Shown in pieces: positions 8,732 to 18,671 of a stretch of 64,000 nt of DNA. The stretch comes from an uncultured delta proteobacterium. GTDB lineage: Bacteria; Myxococcota; UBA727; VGSZ01. Made by a program: the position numbers and the translations under genes. Every line of letters starts with the position of its first letter. Position 1 is the first letter of the stretch. The stretch lies in assembly GCA_963775425.1 (NCBI GenBank), contig CAVZJB010000016.1, positions 1,248,001 to 1,312,000 on the forward strand. Reading direction: 5' to 3'. Under the pieces are notes generated by a model. The model did not search any database. It was not told where the DNA came from and worked only from the letters and a program-made list of their open reading frames with translations.

Positions 8732-11150
8732 TGAAAGACCGGATTCGGACACCGTTGCCCGTCAAGACGATCGTGATCTCCCCGTTGACGGATGTGTCCC
8801 ACAGCCGCGCTCCGGCCGCCCGCCACCGCGCCAGCACCGGCGCCACCGGAAACCCGAAGGTGTTGCCGCGGCCCGTGCAGAAGATGACGTCTCGGGCGCC
8901 GGTCGCCCGGATGAACGCCTCCGTGGAGGAGGTGCTGCTGCCGTGGTGCGGGGCCTTGACCACCGCCGCCCGCACGTCCTTCGCGTAGGCGCTGCGCAAC
9001 AGGAGGTCTTCGCCGAGCGCCTCGACGTCCCCGGGCCACAAAGCGCAGTCGTCGCCGCGGCAGACGCGCAGGACCAGGCTGTTGTCGTTTGCTTGAAGCT
9101 CCGGATACAGAGACGTCTTCTCCTGCGGCGCCGGCGCGAGCACCTCGAGCGTGGCCCCGTGGAAGGCGTGCCGGCCGAGGATCGCCGGGGTCGTCTCCGT
9201 CTTCGGCACCGCATCGGTGACGATGCGTTCGAGCGCCTCGCCGGAGCCGTTCGTCCAGATGACGTCGGTGGGGATGGCCCGCGCCACCGACGCCAGCCCG
9301 AGCGCGTGATCGGGGTGCGGGTGGGACAGGACCATCAGATCGATGTGATCGATGCCGCGGCGGGCGAGGAACGGGAGCACGACGTTCACCCCGGGGTCCA
9401 CGCGCCCGTCCCAGGTGCCGCCGCCGTCGACGACCATGACGGCGCCGTCGGGGAGCTCGAAGACGGCGCTGTCGCCCTGGCCCACCGGCAACACCGTGAT
9501 GCGCACACCGTCGGGCTCGTGCGCGGCCACCGCCACCGCGACGCCCGCGACGGCGGCGCAGGCGAGGGCGGCGCGCGCCTTCTTTTGGGCGAGCGCCGCG
9601 GCGAAGACCACGGTGCACGCGAGGAGCAGGAGGGTGAGCGCGCCCGACGGCGCGTCGACGGGGCGCACGCCCGGGAGGATGTCGCCGAAGCCTGCGGCGA
9701 GCGCCTCGAGGACGAGCGCGGTCTCGCCGCCGAGCCAGGCGAGGAAGGAGACGTGCGTGACGGCGCCGGCGAGGCCGAGGGCGAGCGCGGGCACCTGCAG
9801 GATGGTGGCGGCGGGGACGAGGGCGATGTTGGCGACGAGGCCGGCGGGGGCGACGGCGCCGAAGAGGTATGCGGAGAGGGGGAGCGTGACGAGCCCGGCG
9901 CCGACGGACGCGACCACGGTGGACCAGGCGACCCGGCGCGCGCGCGCGAAGCCGCCGTCGGGGCCGGCGGCGCGCGCGGGGGCGGTGGCGGCGAGGCCGA
10001 TGACGGCCGCGTAGGACAACAGGAAGCTCGGGTCGACGACGCTGGCCGGCGACACGAGCACGGTGCCGAGGCCGGCGATGCCGAGCGCGTCGAGCGCGCG
10101 GGCGCGGCGGCCGAACAGCGGCGCCGCCAGGACGGCCGTGGCCATGGCGCCGGCGCGGACGGCGGAGGGCGGGACCCCGCACAGAAAGACGAAGGCCCAG
10201 ACGCCGGCGAGCGCGACTCCCGAGGCCAACGTGCGCCCCCGCCCGCGCCGCCCGAACGACGTGGCGAGCACGAGGGCGAGCGCCGCCTGCCGCAGGAGGA
10301 TCGCGAGGAGCGAGACCTGCAGACCGGAGACGGCGAGCAGGTGTCCGGCGCCGACGCGGCGATAAATCTCGCGCTGCGCGTCGCCGAGCATGGAGGTGTC
10401 GCCGATGAGCAGCGCGAGCTCGAGGCCGGCCATACGCGGCGGCAACAGCGACGCCATGCGATCGCGCAGCCAGAGGCGCATGCGGGCGAACGGCGCCGCG
10501 CGCGCGCCGGGCTCGACGACGGCGAGGGCGCCGTGGTGGACGACCAGGGCGGCGTCGATGCCGCGGGCGATGCCGAAGCGGCGCTCGTCGAAGGTGCCCG
10601 GCGAGTCCGCCGGCGCGAGCGCGTGGGGGACGCCGCGGACGCGGATGCGGTCGCCGGGCATGACGGGGTCGCGCACGCGCGCGGGGAGCGTGACGAGGAG
10701 CGTGCCGTCGAGCGCGCGATCGGGGAGCGCGCCGTCGACGTCGACGATCAAGCGGCGCGCGCCGCTCGTTCCGAAGGTGACGTCGCCGACGACGCCCTCG
10801 AAGGCGACGGCCCTGCGCCAGCCTTCGTTGCCCGGCCCGCTGTCGCCGGGGACGACGACGCCCGGCGCGGCCAGCTCGGGCGCCGGCGCGGACGACGACG
10901 GCCGGGCCGACAACAGCGAGCGCGCGCGCATGTCGTGCGCCGTCCGCTGCCACGCGCCGCCGGCCGCGCCGAGCACGAACGCGAGCGCGACGAGCGCGCC
11001 CGCCCGCGCGAGGACCTTGCCGGTGAAGAGCGCGGCGCCGGCGGTGACGAGCGCGAGCGCGGCGAGGGGCCACGCGGGAGCTGCCGTGACGAGACCGGCG
11101 AGCGCTCCCAGCGCCGCGGCGATGAACAGCGGGACCGTCGGCGACCGCAC
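8718..11150 (-). CDS. comEC: ComEC/Rec2 DNA internalisation protein
   Basis: Multiple TM segments, competence domain (HLLAVSGLQV, PSAVRA, SFLLSY) and C-terminal MBL domain (VGQGDS, SHPHPDH, NDNSLV, HHGS). Confidence 0.95.
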   Translation of the reverse strand: MRSPTVPLFIAAALGALAGLVTAAPAWPLAALALVTAGAALFTGKVLARAGALVALAFVLGAAGGAWQRTAHDMRARSLLSARPSSSAPAPELAAPGVVVPGDSGPGNEGWRRAVAFEGVVGDVTFGTSGARRLIVDVDGALPDRALDGTLLVTLPARVRDPVMPGDRIRVRGVPHALAPADSPGTFDERRFGIARGIDAALVVHHGALAVVEPGARAAPFARMRLWLRDRMASLLPPRMAGLELALLIGDTSMLGDAQREIYRRVGAGHLLAVSGLQVSLLAILLRQAALALVLATSFGRRGRGRTLASGVALAGVWAFVFLCGVPPSAVRAGAMATAVLAAPLFGRRARALDALGIAGLGTVLVSPASVVDPSFLLSYAAVIGLAATAPARAAGPDGGFARARRVAWSTVVASVGAGLVTLPLSAYLFGAVAPAGLVANIALVPAATILQVPALALGLAGAVTHVSFLAWLGGETALVLEALAAGFGDILPGVRPVDAPSGALTLLLLACTVVFAAALAQKKARAALACAAVAGVAVAVAAHEPDGVRITVLPVGQGDSAVFELPDGAVMVVDGGGTWDGRVDPGVNVVLPFLARRGIDHIDLMVLSHPHPDHALGLASVARAIPTDVIWTNGSGEALERIVTDAVPKTETTPAILGRHAFHGATLEVLAPAPQEKTSLYPELQANDNSLVLRVCRGDDCALWPGDVEALGEDLLLRSAYAKDVRAAVVKAPHHGSSTSSTEAFIRATGARDVIFCTGRGNTFGFPVAPVLARWRAAGARLWDTSVNGEITIVLTGNGVRIRSFIDAR

Positions 11151-11246
11151 GCGCGCCGTCTTACTGTGGGCCCCCGCCCGACGAAACCCGCTCGAGCGCG
11201 CGGCGCGCCGGCGCCCCCCACGCGTCGTTGCGCGGGCTGAAGCGCG

Positions 11247-12176
11247 TCACCGCAGGACGCCGTCGGCGCGGGCCTTCGCGAACGCCGCCGCGCCGGCCTG
11301 CTGGATCTCGGCGCTGGTCTTTTCGGGCCCGCCGTTTTCGATGCCGGCGGCGGCGCCGGAGCCGGGGAGCACCGTGTAGGTCACGCCGCCGTCGATGCCG
11401 ATGTTCGGCCCCGCGCGCTTGTCGAACACTTGCGCGAGAGCGAGCAATCCCTCGCCGAGCTTCATGCTCGGACCCACGTCGCCGTAGACGGCGTAGACGG
11501 ACTTGCCGCCCTTCTTCACCTCGACGAGATCGCCGAGCTTGGCGCCGGTGGCCTTGGCCAACGACGGCGGCAGGACGATGTACGGGATGTTGTCCGCGTT
11601 GAGGCTCTTGTGGCCCGCCCACTTCATCGACGTCTGCGACTGGTAGTAGCGGTCGCTGCGCGCGAGCCTGCTCTTGCCGCCGTCGGTGTCGACGTTCATC
11701 CCGCCCGTGTACTGAAACGCCTTGGCCTTGCCGTCATGCGTGGGCACGAAGGAGACGGCGCCCGCGCCGGAGTAGCGCCGGTTCAGCCGCTGCGCACCCG
11801 ACAGCGCCGAGCTGCCCGCGGGCATCGCCGACAGCGTGTCGCCCGACGCCGTCAGGGCGCACGGCATCGCCGGCGCGCCCGACGTCGGCCGCGCGATCTT
11901 CTCCGCCTCCGCCAGCAGGGCGTCGAGGCCCTTGGTCTGGAGCGACAGGCTGTTGAACGAGCCGTCGTGGTCGAACTTGTCGAGCGCCTTGAACAGCGCG
12001 GCGCCTTCGTCCGCCCCGCTGATCTTGCCGTCGCCGTCGAGGTCGGCGGAGCCGATGGCCTTCGCGACGCTGTCGGAGCGCCCGACCTCCTTCGCGTGCT
12101 TCTGCATCGCCGCGACGTCGAGCGAGTTGCTCTTGAAGAACGAGAGGAAGTCTTGCCGTTTGACGACCTTGCCCAT
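11247..12176 (-). CDS. EF-hand-like N-terminus plus glycoside hydrolase family 75 (chitosanase-like) domain
   Basis: DLDGDGKISGADE loop; GH75 motifs MNVDTDG, YQSQTS, LNADNIPYIVLP and YAVYGDVGP...GE. Confidence 0.75.
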   Translation of the reverse strand: MGKVVKRQDFLSFFKSNSLDVAAMQKHAKEVGRSDSVAKAIGSADLDGDGKISGADEGAALFKALDKFDHDGSFNSLSLQTKGLDALLAEAEKIARPTSGAPAMPCALTASGDTLSAMPAGSSALSGAQRLNRRYSGAGAVSFVPTHDGKAKAFQYTGGMNVDTDGGKSRLARSDRYYQSQTSMKWAGHKSLNADNIPYIVLPPSLAKATGAKLGDLVEVKKGGKSVYAVYGDVGPSMKLGEGLLALAQVFDKRAGPNIGIDGGVTYTVLPGSGAAAGIENGGPEKTSAEIQQAGAAAFAKARADGVLR

Positions 12177-12306
12177 GGGGCCTCCGCGAAGTGAGCTTCG
12201 GCACACGCGGCGATCGTGCTCTCAGCCAATCCGCCGTGGGCTGCCCACCCACCATCGGTCGGTTGACGACCCGCGGCGTCGCACCCTCTCCCACTCGACC
12301 GGGAGC

Positions 12307-12687
12307 TCAGGGCTTTGCGGCGGTCTTCGGCGGCGCGGCCTCGCGCTCGAGCAGGTAGTAGCGGACGCGGCCGTCGGGCAGCCCGTAGATGTTGATGCCC
12401 GACCACTTCGTCCTCTTCGAGAGGCTCTCGATGTGGATGTACTTCACGGCGGGCAGGCTCACCTCGTGCGACCACTTCACCGAGCGCCAACCCTTGAACC
12501 TGTCGTGGAAGAACTTGACGGTGCCCTCGTAGTCGCGCGGCGACTCGTACCTCTTGTCGCCGACCTTCTTGGACCACGGCACGAGGTCGAGGCCCAGCTC
12601 CTTGGGCTCGTCCGCGTGCGCGGCCATGGGAAAGAGCGCGACGAACGCGACGGCGAGCGCGAGGGCGAGCCTGGTCATGCCGGTCAT
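12307..12687 (-). CDS. Small secreted hypothetical protein
   Basis: Signal peptide ending AHA; normal codon usage; overlaps the upstream stop. Confidence 0.7.
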   Translation of the reverse strand: MTGMTRLALALAVAFVALFPMAAHADEPKELGLDLVPWSKKVGDKRYESPRDYEGTVKFFHDRFKGWRSVKWSHEVSLPAVKYIHIESLSKRTKWSGINIYGLPDGRVRYYLLEREAAPPKTAAKP

Positions 12688-13322
12688 GCCGTTCCTTCTG
12701 CACCGGAAGCGCCGAGCATCGCAAGCACCAGGCGCCGCGGGACCTCGGTGAGTCGGGCGGCGGCGGCGGCGACGACGTCGTCGGCACCGAAGCGTTGGGC
12801 GACCGCACCGTCGGCGTAGCGCGCGGCGGCGAGCTGAAGCAGGGCGAGGCCGCCCCCGACGGCGACGCCGGTGGTGGACAGCACGACGTCGAGGCGCTCG
12901 CCGAACAGCGCGAGCAGCGAGATGACCACGGCCGCCGACAAGAGCGACGCGCCCGTGGCCACCGCCTCCGACGTCGAGCCCGCCATGAAGATCGCCACCG
13001 CCAGCGCCTCCCCCACGAAGAGCACGGCGGCGAACGCCACGCCGGCTCCCGCCAGGGGAACGCCGGCCATGCCGACGCCGATTCCGGCGGCGCCGCACAG
13101 CCCGAGGGCGGCGGCGATCGGGGCTTTGCGGCCGAGCGACGTCCCCGCCACGGCCAGGGCGACGGCGGCGACGACGAACGGCGCCCACGCGACCGGCGCG
13201 ACGCGGGCGCCGATGGGGGTGACGGAGAGGAACGCGGCCGCCGCTTCGACGGCGACGCCGAGGAGCGCGAGCACGCCCGAGACCCGGGTCAGGCGAGCGG
13301 CGGGAGCGGAGGAGGGGCTCAT
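12684..13322 (-). CDS. Hypothetical multi-pass membrane protein
   Basis: About 6 hydrophobic Ala/Val/Leu segments; start uncertain. Confidence 0.6.
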   Translation of the reverse strand: MSPSSAPAARLTRVSGVLALLGVAVEAAAAFLSVTPIGARVAPVAWAPFVVAAVALAVAGTSLGRKAPIAAALGLCGAAGIGVGMAGVPLAGAGVAFAAVLFVGEALAVAIFMAGSTSEAVATGASLLSAAVVISLLALFGERLDVVLSTTGVAVGGGLALLQLAAARYADGAVAQRFGADDVVAAAAARLTEVPRRLVLAMLGASGAEGTA

Positions 13323-13448
13323 CGGGATCGACGTTCGCGCATGGCGCCGACGGGCGCAAACCCCGTCCGCCGCCGGGCGCCGTGTGGGGGCAAAGGGGGC
13401 CGGCGGTCGGAAATTGGAGACCGCCGGCCCCACGCTCTACGTTGCGGC

Positions 13449-15503
13449 ATGCGCCGCATCGTCGTCCCCGAGACCCGCATCTCCCGTCATGCGCTCCCCC
13501 ACGCGGCACGGCTGCGGCGGCGGGGCGACCTGGGACCGCTCGGGACCGTCGCCGTCGTCGCCGTCATCTTCGCCGCGCTCGTCGCCGACGAGGCGCTCGC
13601 CGCGCCCGCGACGCTGAACGCGCTGCGCGTCGAGGAGACGCCCGACCTCGACGTCGTCCTCACCGTCGACGCCAGCGACGCGCCCACCTTCCAGGTCTTC
13701 CGCGTGCCGGGCGGCACGAGCTACGTGGTGGAGCTGCCCGGCCTCGCGCTCGACAAAATCGGGCTCGAGGAGAAGGGCGAGAAGATCCTGCTCGACGACG
13801 CCCACGTCGAGGCGCCGGCCCGAGGCGGCCCCGGGCGCGTGGTCCTCGCGTTCGCCGGCGACGTCGACTACGACGCCGATACCAAGGGCGGCGCCCTCCA
13901 CATCCGCTTCAAGCACGAGGGTGACAAGACCGCGCTCCTGCGCGCGCACGAAAAGAAGCTCGAGCAGATCGAGCAAAAGCGCCTGGCCGCGCTCGATGAC
14001 AAGCGGCGCGTCGAGGATGAGCGCCGGCACGCCGCCGAGGCCGAGGCCGCGCGCGCCGCCGCGCTCGAAAAGAAGCGCGCCGATGAGGAGGCGCGGCGCG
14101 CCGCGGCCCTCGAAGCGAAGCGCCGCGCCGAGGAGGAGAGGAGGGCCGCCCTCGAAAAGAAGAAGCAGGAAGAGGAGACGCGCAGGCTGGCCGCCCTCGA
14201 GGCGAAGAAGCACGCCGAGGAGGCGCGCAAGGCGGCGCTCGAGGCCAAGCGGCAGGCGGCGCTCGACAAGAAGAAGAAGGCCGAAGAGGAGCGTCAGGCG
14301 GCGCTCGAAAAGAAGCGGCAGGAGGCGGAGGCGCGCCGCCAGGCGGCGGTCGAACAGAAGCGCCGCGCCGAGGAGGAGCGGAAGGCCGCCCTCGAAAAGA
14401 AGAAGCAACAAGAGGAGGCGCGCCGCCAGGCCGCCCTCGAGCAGGAGCGCCGCGCCGAAGCGGAGCGGAAGGCCGCCCTCGACAAGAAGAAGGAAGAGGC
14501 GCGCCGGCTCGCCGAAGAGGCCAAGCGCCGCGCGGCCGAGGAGAAGGCCGCGGCGGAGGCCCGGATCGCCGCGGCGCAAGCGGCCCAGGAGAAGGCGGCG
14601 GCGGAGCAGCGTGCGCTCGAGGACAAGCGCGCGGCCGAGGCGCGCGCGGCAAAGGCGCGCCTCGAGGAGCAAAAGCGCCTCGAGGAGCGGCGCGCGGCCC
14701 AGGCGGCGGCCGAGGCGGCGGCCCAGGCGGCGGCCCAGGCGGCGGCGGAGAAGGCCGCGGCGGTGGAGGAGGCGGCGGCGGAGAAGGCCGCGGCGCAGCG
14801 GCTCGAGGAGCAAAAGCGCCTCGAGGAGCAAAAGCGCCTCGAGGAGCAGCGCCGCGAGGCCGAGGCGCGCCTGCGCGCGGAGCAGCGGCGACAAGCGGAG
14901 GCCGCGCAGAAGGCGGCCGAGCAGCGCCGCCTCGAGGAGCAGCGCGAGGCCGACGAGCGCGCGCGGCGCGAGGCGCTGCAGGCGCACGCGCCGGCCGCGG
15001 TCTCGGCGGTGCGCGAGCGTCCCCGCGGGAACAACGACTACGGCTTCGGCGGGCGCAGCATCGATCTCACGCCGCCGGCGCGGTACCAGCGCTTCACGCC
15101 CACCGGCGACGACGACGAATTCGGCGGCGGCGACGGCTTCACCGACGACGCCTTCGACGAGCAGAGCGGCTCCAGCGTGTTGTCGCAGGTCACCGTCCAG
15201 CGCACCGACGGCGGCTCGCGCGTGGGCATCCGCGTCGACTCGCGCGAGCCCGTTCAATACAACGTCGCGCGCCGCGGCAAAAACCAGCTCCTGCTCACGC
15301 TCTACAACACCCGCGCCGCCAACCTCGACGTGCGCCGCATCCTCGACGCGCGCGCGTTGCAGGCGAGCGTGCTGCGCGTGCTGCCCTCGGTGCAGGAGGA
15401 CTCGCGCTTTCGTATCCAGCTCGTGATCGAGTTGCGTGATCAAGCTCCGGTCAGGATCGGGCAGGAGGGCGGTATGCTGTGGCTCTCTGTCGGCGACTCC
15501 TGA
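13449..15503 (+). CDS. Envelope protein: AMIN-like domain, long E/K/R/A charged helix, second AMIN-like domain
   Basis: Signal/TM VAVVAVIFAALVA; beta-rich domains at both ends (FQVFRVPGGTSYVVELPG; NQLLLTLYNTRA...IQLVIELR); ~350-aa AALEKKRxEEE repeats in between. Confidence 0.7.
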   Translation: MRRIVVPETRISRHALPHAARLRRRGDLGPLGTVAVVAVIFAALVADEALAAPATLNALRVEETPDLDVVLTVDASDAPTFQVFRVPGGTSYVVELPGLALDKIGLEEKGEKILLDDAHVEAPARGGPGRVVLAFAGDVDYDADTKGGALHIRFKHEGDKTALLRAHEKKLEQIEQKRLAALDDKRRVEDERRHAAEAEAARAAALEKKRADEEARRAAALEAKRRAEEERRAALEKKKQEEETRRLAALEAKKHAEEARKAALEAKRQAALDKKKKAEEERQAALEKKRQEAEARRQAAVEQKRRAEEERKAALEKKKQQEEARRQAALEQERRAEAERKAALDKKKEEARRLAEEAKRRAAEEKAAAEARIAAAQAAQEKAAAEQRALEDKRAAEARAAKARLEEQKRLEERRAAQAAAEAAAQAAAQAAAEKAAAVEEAAAEKAAAQRLEEQKRLEEQKRLEEQRREAEARLRAEQRRQAEAAQKAAEQRRLEEQREADERARREALQAHAPAAVSAVRERPRGNNDYGFGGRSIDLTPPARYQRFTPTGDDDEFGGGDGFTDDAFDEQSGSSVLSQVTVQRTDGGSRVGIRVDSREPVQYNVARRGKNQLLLTLYNTRAANLDVRRILDARALQASVLRVLPSVQEDSRFRIQLVIELRDQAPVRIGQEGGMLWLSVGDS

Positions 15504-15830
15504 ATGACCCCGGGCGACTTCTTCGAAACCATCTGTCCTCGTCTCCTCGAAGCCCAGCGCGACACCTGCGCGCGGCTCGGCGGCAGCTACGCCATCAAGC
15601 TCACCGGCGCGGGTGGCGGCACCTGGACCATCGACTTCCCCTCGGCGTCGGTGACCAAGGGCCTGAACAAGCGCCCCGATCTGACGCTCGAGACCTCGGG
15701 CGGAGAGTTCACGCGCATGATGCAGGGCGCGCTCGACGTCGTGGCGTCGTTGAAGGCCGGCCGGCTCAAGGTCCACGGCGACGCGCGGAAGATCGGCAAC
15801 CTCGCGCTCATCCTCGGCGCGGGCGCCTGA
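15504..15830 (+). CDS. SCP2 sterol/lipid-binding domain protein
   Basis: GGGTWTIDF...PDLTLE...G.LD...GRLKVHGD pattern. Confidence 0.85.
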   Translation: MTPGDFFETICPRLLEAQRDTCARLGGSYAIKLTGAGGGTWTIDFPSASVTKGLNKRPDLTLETSGGEFTRMMQGALDVVASLKAGRLKVHGDARKIGNLALILGAGA

Positions 15831-15841
15831 CGCTGATCACG

Positions 15842-15867
15842 ACCGGAGGGAGCGGCCGCGCTTGATC
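15842..15867. repeat. 26-bp dispersed repeat, copy 2; extends into the perfect palindrome CCGCGCTTGATCAAGCGCGG
   Basis: Identical to 4194-4219; lies between two convergent gene ends. Confidence 0.8.
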
Positions 15868-16720
15868 AAGCGCGGCGGGCGAGCGCGATGTGGCGGTGCT
15901 CGGTGAACGCGCGGGCGCGGGCGCGCAGCGAGGGCGGCAGCAGCTCGCCGGCGAGGTCGACGGCGTCCTTGTCCCACTCGACACCAAAGCCTCGCGCGCC
16001 GAGCCACGCAGGGAGCGCGCCCGGGGCGAAGCCGAACGTGAAGGGCTCGCCGGCGCCGCGCACCACGGCGGAGATGGCGCGCTGCACGGCGCGTGGTCGA
16101 TCGATGAGCGCGCGATCGAAGTACGTCATGGCGAACGGCGAGCCCGGCGCGGAGAGCGCGGCCACCGCCGCCACCGTCGACGACACGGCCTCCTCCGTCA
16201 GGTACATCGTGACGCCCTCCCAGACGGTGAGCGTGCGCCTGGACGCGTCGTGGCCGGCGGCGGCGAGCGCGGCGGGGAGCTCGGCGAGGGGCCGCGCCTC
16301 GAAGTTCCAGGGGACGTAGACCACGCGGGCGCTGCGGGCGCCGGCGCCGGCGAGCACGGCGCGCTTCTTCTTCTGCGTGGCGGGGTGATCGACCTCGAAG
16401 ACCGCGGCGTCGCCGAGGGCCTCGGCGAAGCGCGCGGCGCGGCAGTCGAAGCCGGCGCCCAGGAGCACCACCTGCGCGCCGCCGTCGGCGGCGAACGCGC
16501 GCAGGACGTCGTCGATGGCCCGGGTGCGCAACTGCATGTAGAGGACGAACGGGAACAGGGGCCCCACGGGCCCGATGGACGTGGCGACGCGGATGGCGGG
16601 TGTGGCGAAGCGCCTGCCGAAGGGGTCGTCGGCGAGCCGCGCGCCCTCCGGCAACGCGGCGCCGAGGCCGCGCGCGGCGGCGACCCAGGCGGCGGTCATG
16701 CTCGGCGACTGCTCGCGCAT
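15866..16720 (-). CDS. SAM-dependent methyltransferase, leucine-carboxyl-MT / TIGR00027-like
   Basis: SMTAAWVAAAR, DDPF, RTRAIDD, QVVLLGAGFDCRA, FEVDHP and WEGVTMYL. Confidence 0.9.
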   Translation of the reverse strand: MREQSPSMTAAWVAAARGLGAALPEGARLADDPFGRRFATPAIRVATSIGPVGPLFPFVLYMQLRTRAIDDVLRAFAADGGAQVVLLGAGFDCRAARFAEALGDAAVFEVDHPATQKKKRAVLAGAGARSARVVYVPWNFEARPLAELPAALAAAGHDASRRTLTVWEGVTMYLTEEAVSSTVAAVAALSAPGSPFAMTYFDRALIDRPRAVQRAISAVVRGAGEPFTFGFAPGALPAWLGARGFGVEWDKDAVDLAGELLPPSLRARARAFTEHRHIALARRA

Positions 16721-16802
16721 GCGCCGACCATAGCCCTGGCCCCCGCGGGCGGCGACTGTCCGCTTTCTTTCGGGACCACGCGCCGTCGGGTACGTTGTCC
16801 TC

Positions 16803-17540
16803 ATGCGGATCGTCGTCGTCACCACCGTCGCCGTCGCCCTGTCGTGGGGCCTCGCCGGCTGCGCGCCCACCGCCGGCGTGCTGCGGCCGTCGCACCCGCT
16901 ACTCCTGAGCGAGGAGGGGCGGCCGGCGCTCGCGCCCGCCGAGACGGACCAGGTGTGGATCGACGACCCCGTCCCCGACGACGACGACCGCGTCCGCTCC
17001 CTCCGCGCCCGCATCGCGCGGGTCGCCGGACAAGAGGTCGGCAAGGGGCCCATCGTCGTCGCCGGCAAGCGCTTCCGCATGGACTGCTCCGGCGTCGCGA
17101 GCGGCATCTATGAGAAGGCCGGCGTCGCCCTCGGCGCGCCCGCCGGCGGCTTCGACGTTCGCGCGCTCTACGCGCTCACCGAGAAGAGCGGCTCCTTGCG
17201 GCGCAACGACCCCCTGCCCGGCGACCTCGTCTTCTTCGACGACACGTGGGACGCCAACGGCAACGGCCTGCGCGACGATCCCTTGTCCCACGTCGCCATC
17301 GTCGAGCGCGTCGACGACGACGGCACGGTGTTGCTCGTGCACCGCGTCGGCCGGGCCATCGTCCGCGCGCGCATGAACCTGGCGCAGCCGCATACGCGCC
17401 ACGACGCGCAGGGCCACACCCTGAACCACTACCTGCGTACGGCCCAGGGCGCGACGCCGCCGAGGACCACCGCCGAGCTGTTCGTCGCCTACGGCTCCCT
17501 GCCCCTGCGCGAAGGCGTCGGCCTCGTCGCCGCGCGCTGA
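16803..17540 (+). CDS. NlpC/P60-family lipoprotein
   Basis: Lipobox LAGC; DCSG catalytic Cys; PGDLVFF; SHVAIV His. Confidence 0.85.
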   Translation: MRIVVVTTVAVALSWGLAGCAPTAGVLRPSHPLLLSEEGRPALAPAETDQVWIDDPVPDDDDRVRSLRARIARVAGQEVGKGPIVVAGKRFRMDCSGVASGIYEKAGVALGAPAGGFDVRALYALTEKSGSLRRNDPLPGDLVFFDDTWDANGNGLRDDPLSHVAIVERVDDDGTVLLVHRVGRAIVRARMNLAQPHTRHDAQGHTLNHYLRTAQGATPPRTTAELFVAYGSLPLREGVGLVAAR

Positions 17541-18622
17541 GCCACGCCCACACTCTCGAGCACGGCGCGCACGGCGCTCGACGTGCCCACGCGCGACACG
17601 TCGTCCACGAACGGGCCTTCGCGCGCGCCGACGTCGACGCGCAGCACGCTGAAGCGAAGCTCGCGGTGCGTGAGGGTTCGCTCGACGACGACGGGCGCGG
17701 GGACGTGCGCCGGCGGCTCGATGCCGCGTGCGACGAGGAGCGCGCGCCACGCGCCGGCGACGTCGACCCGGCTGCGGGCGCTCGGGGCGGGCGCGAGCTC
17801 GGTCGAAGGCGGCTCCAAAAGCCCACCGAACAGGCCGTCGCGCTCGCGCTTCTCGAGCCACACGCGGCCGGCGTCGTCGACGACGACCACGCTCGCGACG
17901 TGCAACTGCTTGCGGGCGCGCCTGGGTGACTTCTTCGGCAGCGACGCCGCCGTGCCCGCGGCCCGCGCGCGACACGCGCCGGCCCATGGACACGCGCCGC
18001 ACGACGGCGACCGCGGCGTGCACACGAGCGCCCCGAGCTCCATCAGCCCTTCGTTCACCGGCCCCGAAGCGTCCGCGCCCTCGACGAGCGCCGCCGCCCG
18101 CGCGCGCAGCCGGTCACGCGCGGCGGGGGTGTCGACGGGGGCTGCGTCGTCGCAGAGGCGGGCGAGCACCCGGGCGACGTTGCCGTCGACGACGGCGACC
18201 CTCTCGCCGAACGCCAGGCTGGCCACCGCCGCGGCCGTGTAGTCGCCCACCCCGGGGAGCGCCCGCAGGCCCGCCGCCGTGTTCGGGAAGCGGCCGCCGT
18301 GGTCGCCGGCGACGGCGCGGGCGGCGCGGTGGAGGTTCCGGCCTCGCGAGTAGTAGCCGAGGCCGGACCACAGCGAGAGCACCTCGTCCTCGGACGCCGC
18401 CGCGAGCGACGCGACATCGGGGAAACGGGCCACGAAGCGCAGGAAGTAGGCCTCGACGACGCTCACCCGCGTCTGCTGCAGCATGACCTCGCTCAGCCAC
18501 ACCCGATAGGCGCTGCGTTGTTTGCGCCACGGAAGGTCGCGCCGGTTGTCGTCGAACCAGGCGGTGAGAGAGCGGCCGAGGACGCGCGCGGGCGCCGGGA
18601 GGTCCACGGCATCCTCTAGCAT
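17489..18622 (-). CDS. mutY: A/G-specific adenine glycosylase
   Basis: RDLPWR, VWLSEVMLQQT, WSGLGYYSR, HhH LPGVGDYTA, VDGNVARV and Fe-S motif CTPRSPSCGACPWAGAC. Confidence 0.95.
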   Translation of the reverse strand: MLEDAVDLPAPARVLGRSLTAWFDDNRRDLPWRKQRSAYRVWLSEVMLQQTRVSVVEAYFLRFVARFPDVASLAAASEDEVLSLWSGLGYYSRGRNLHRAARAVAGDHGGRFPNTAAGLRALPGVGDYTAAAVASLAFGERVAVVDGNVARVLARLCDDAAPVDTPAARDRLRARAAALVEGADASGPVNEGLMELGALVCTPRSPSCGACPWAGACRARAAGTAASLPKKSPRRARKQLHVASVVVVDDAGRVWLEKRERDGLFGGLLEPPSTELAPAPSARSRVDVAGAWRALLVARGIEPPAHVPAPVVVERTLTHRELRFSVLRVDVGAREGPFVDDVSRVGTSSAVRAVLESVGVAQRAATRPTPSRRGREP

Positions 18623-18671
18623 CGACGGCGCGCAAGAGGATCTGGGTCGCGGCCCGTGGTATCCGTGACTC

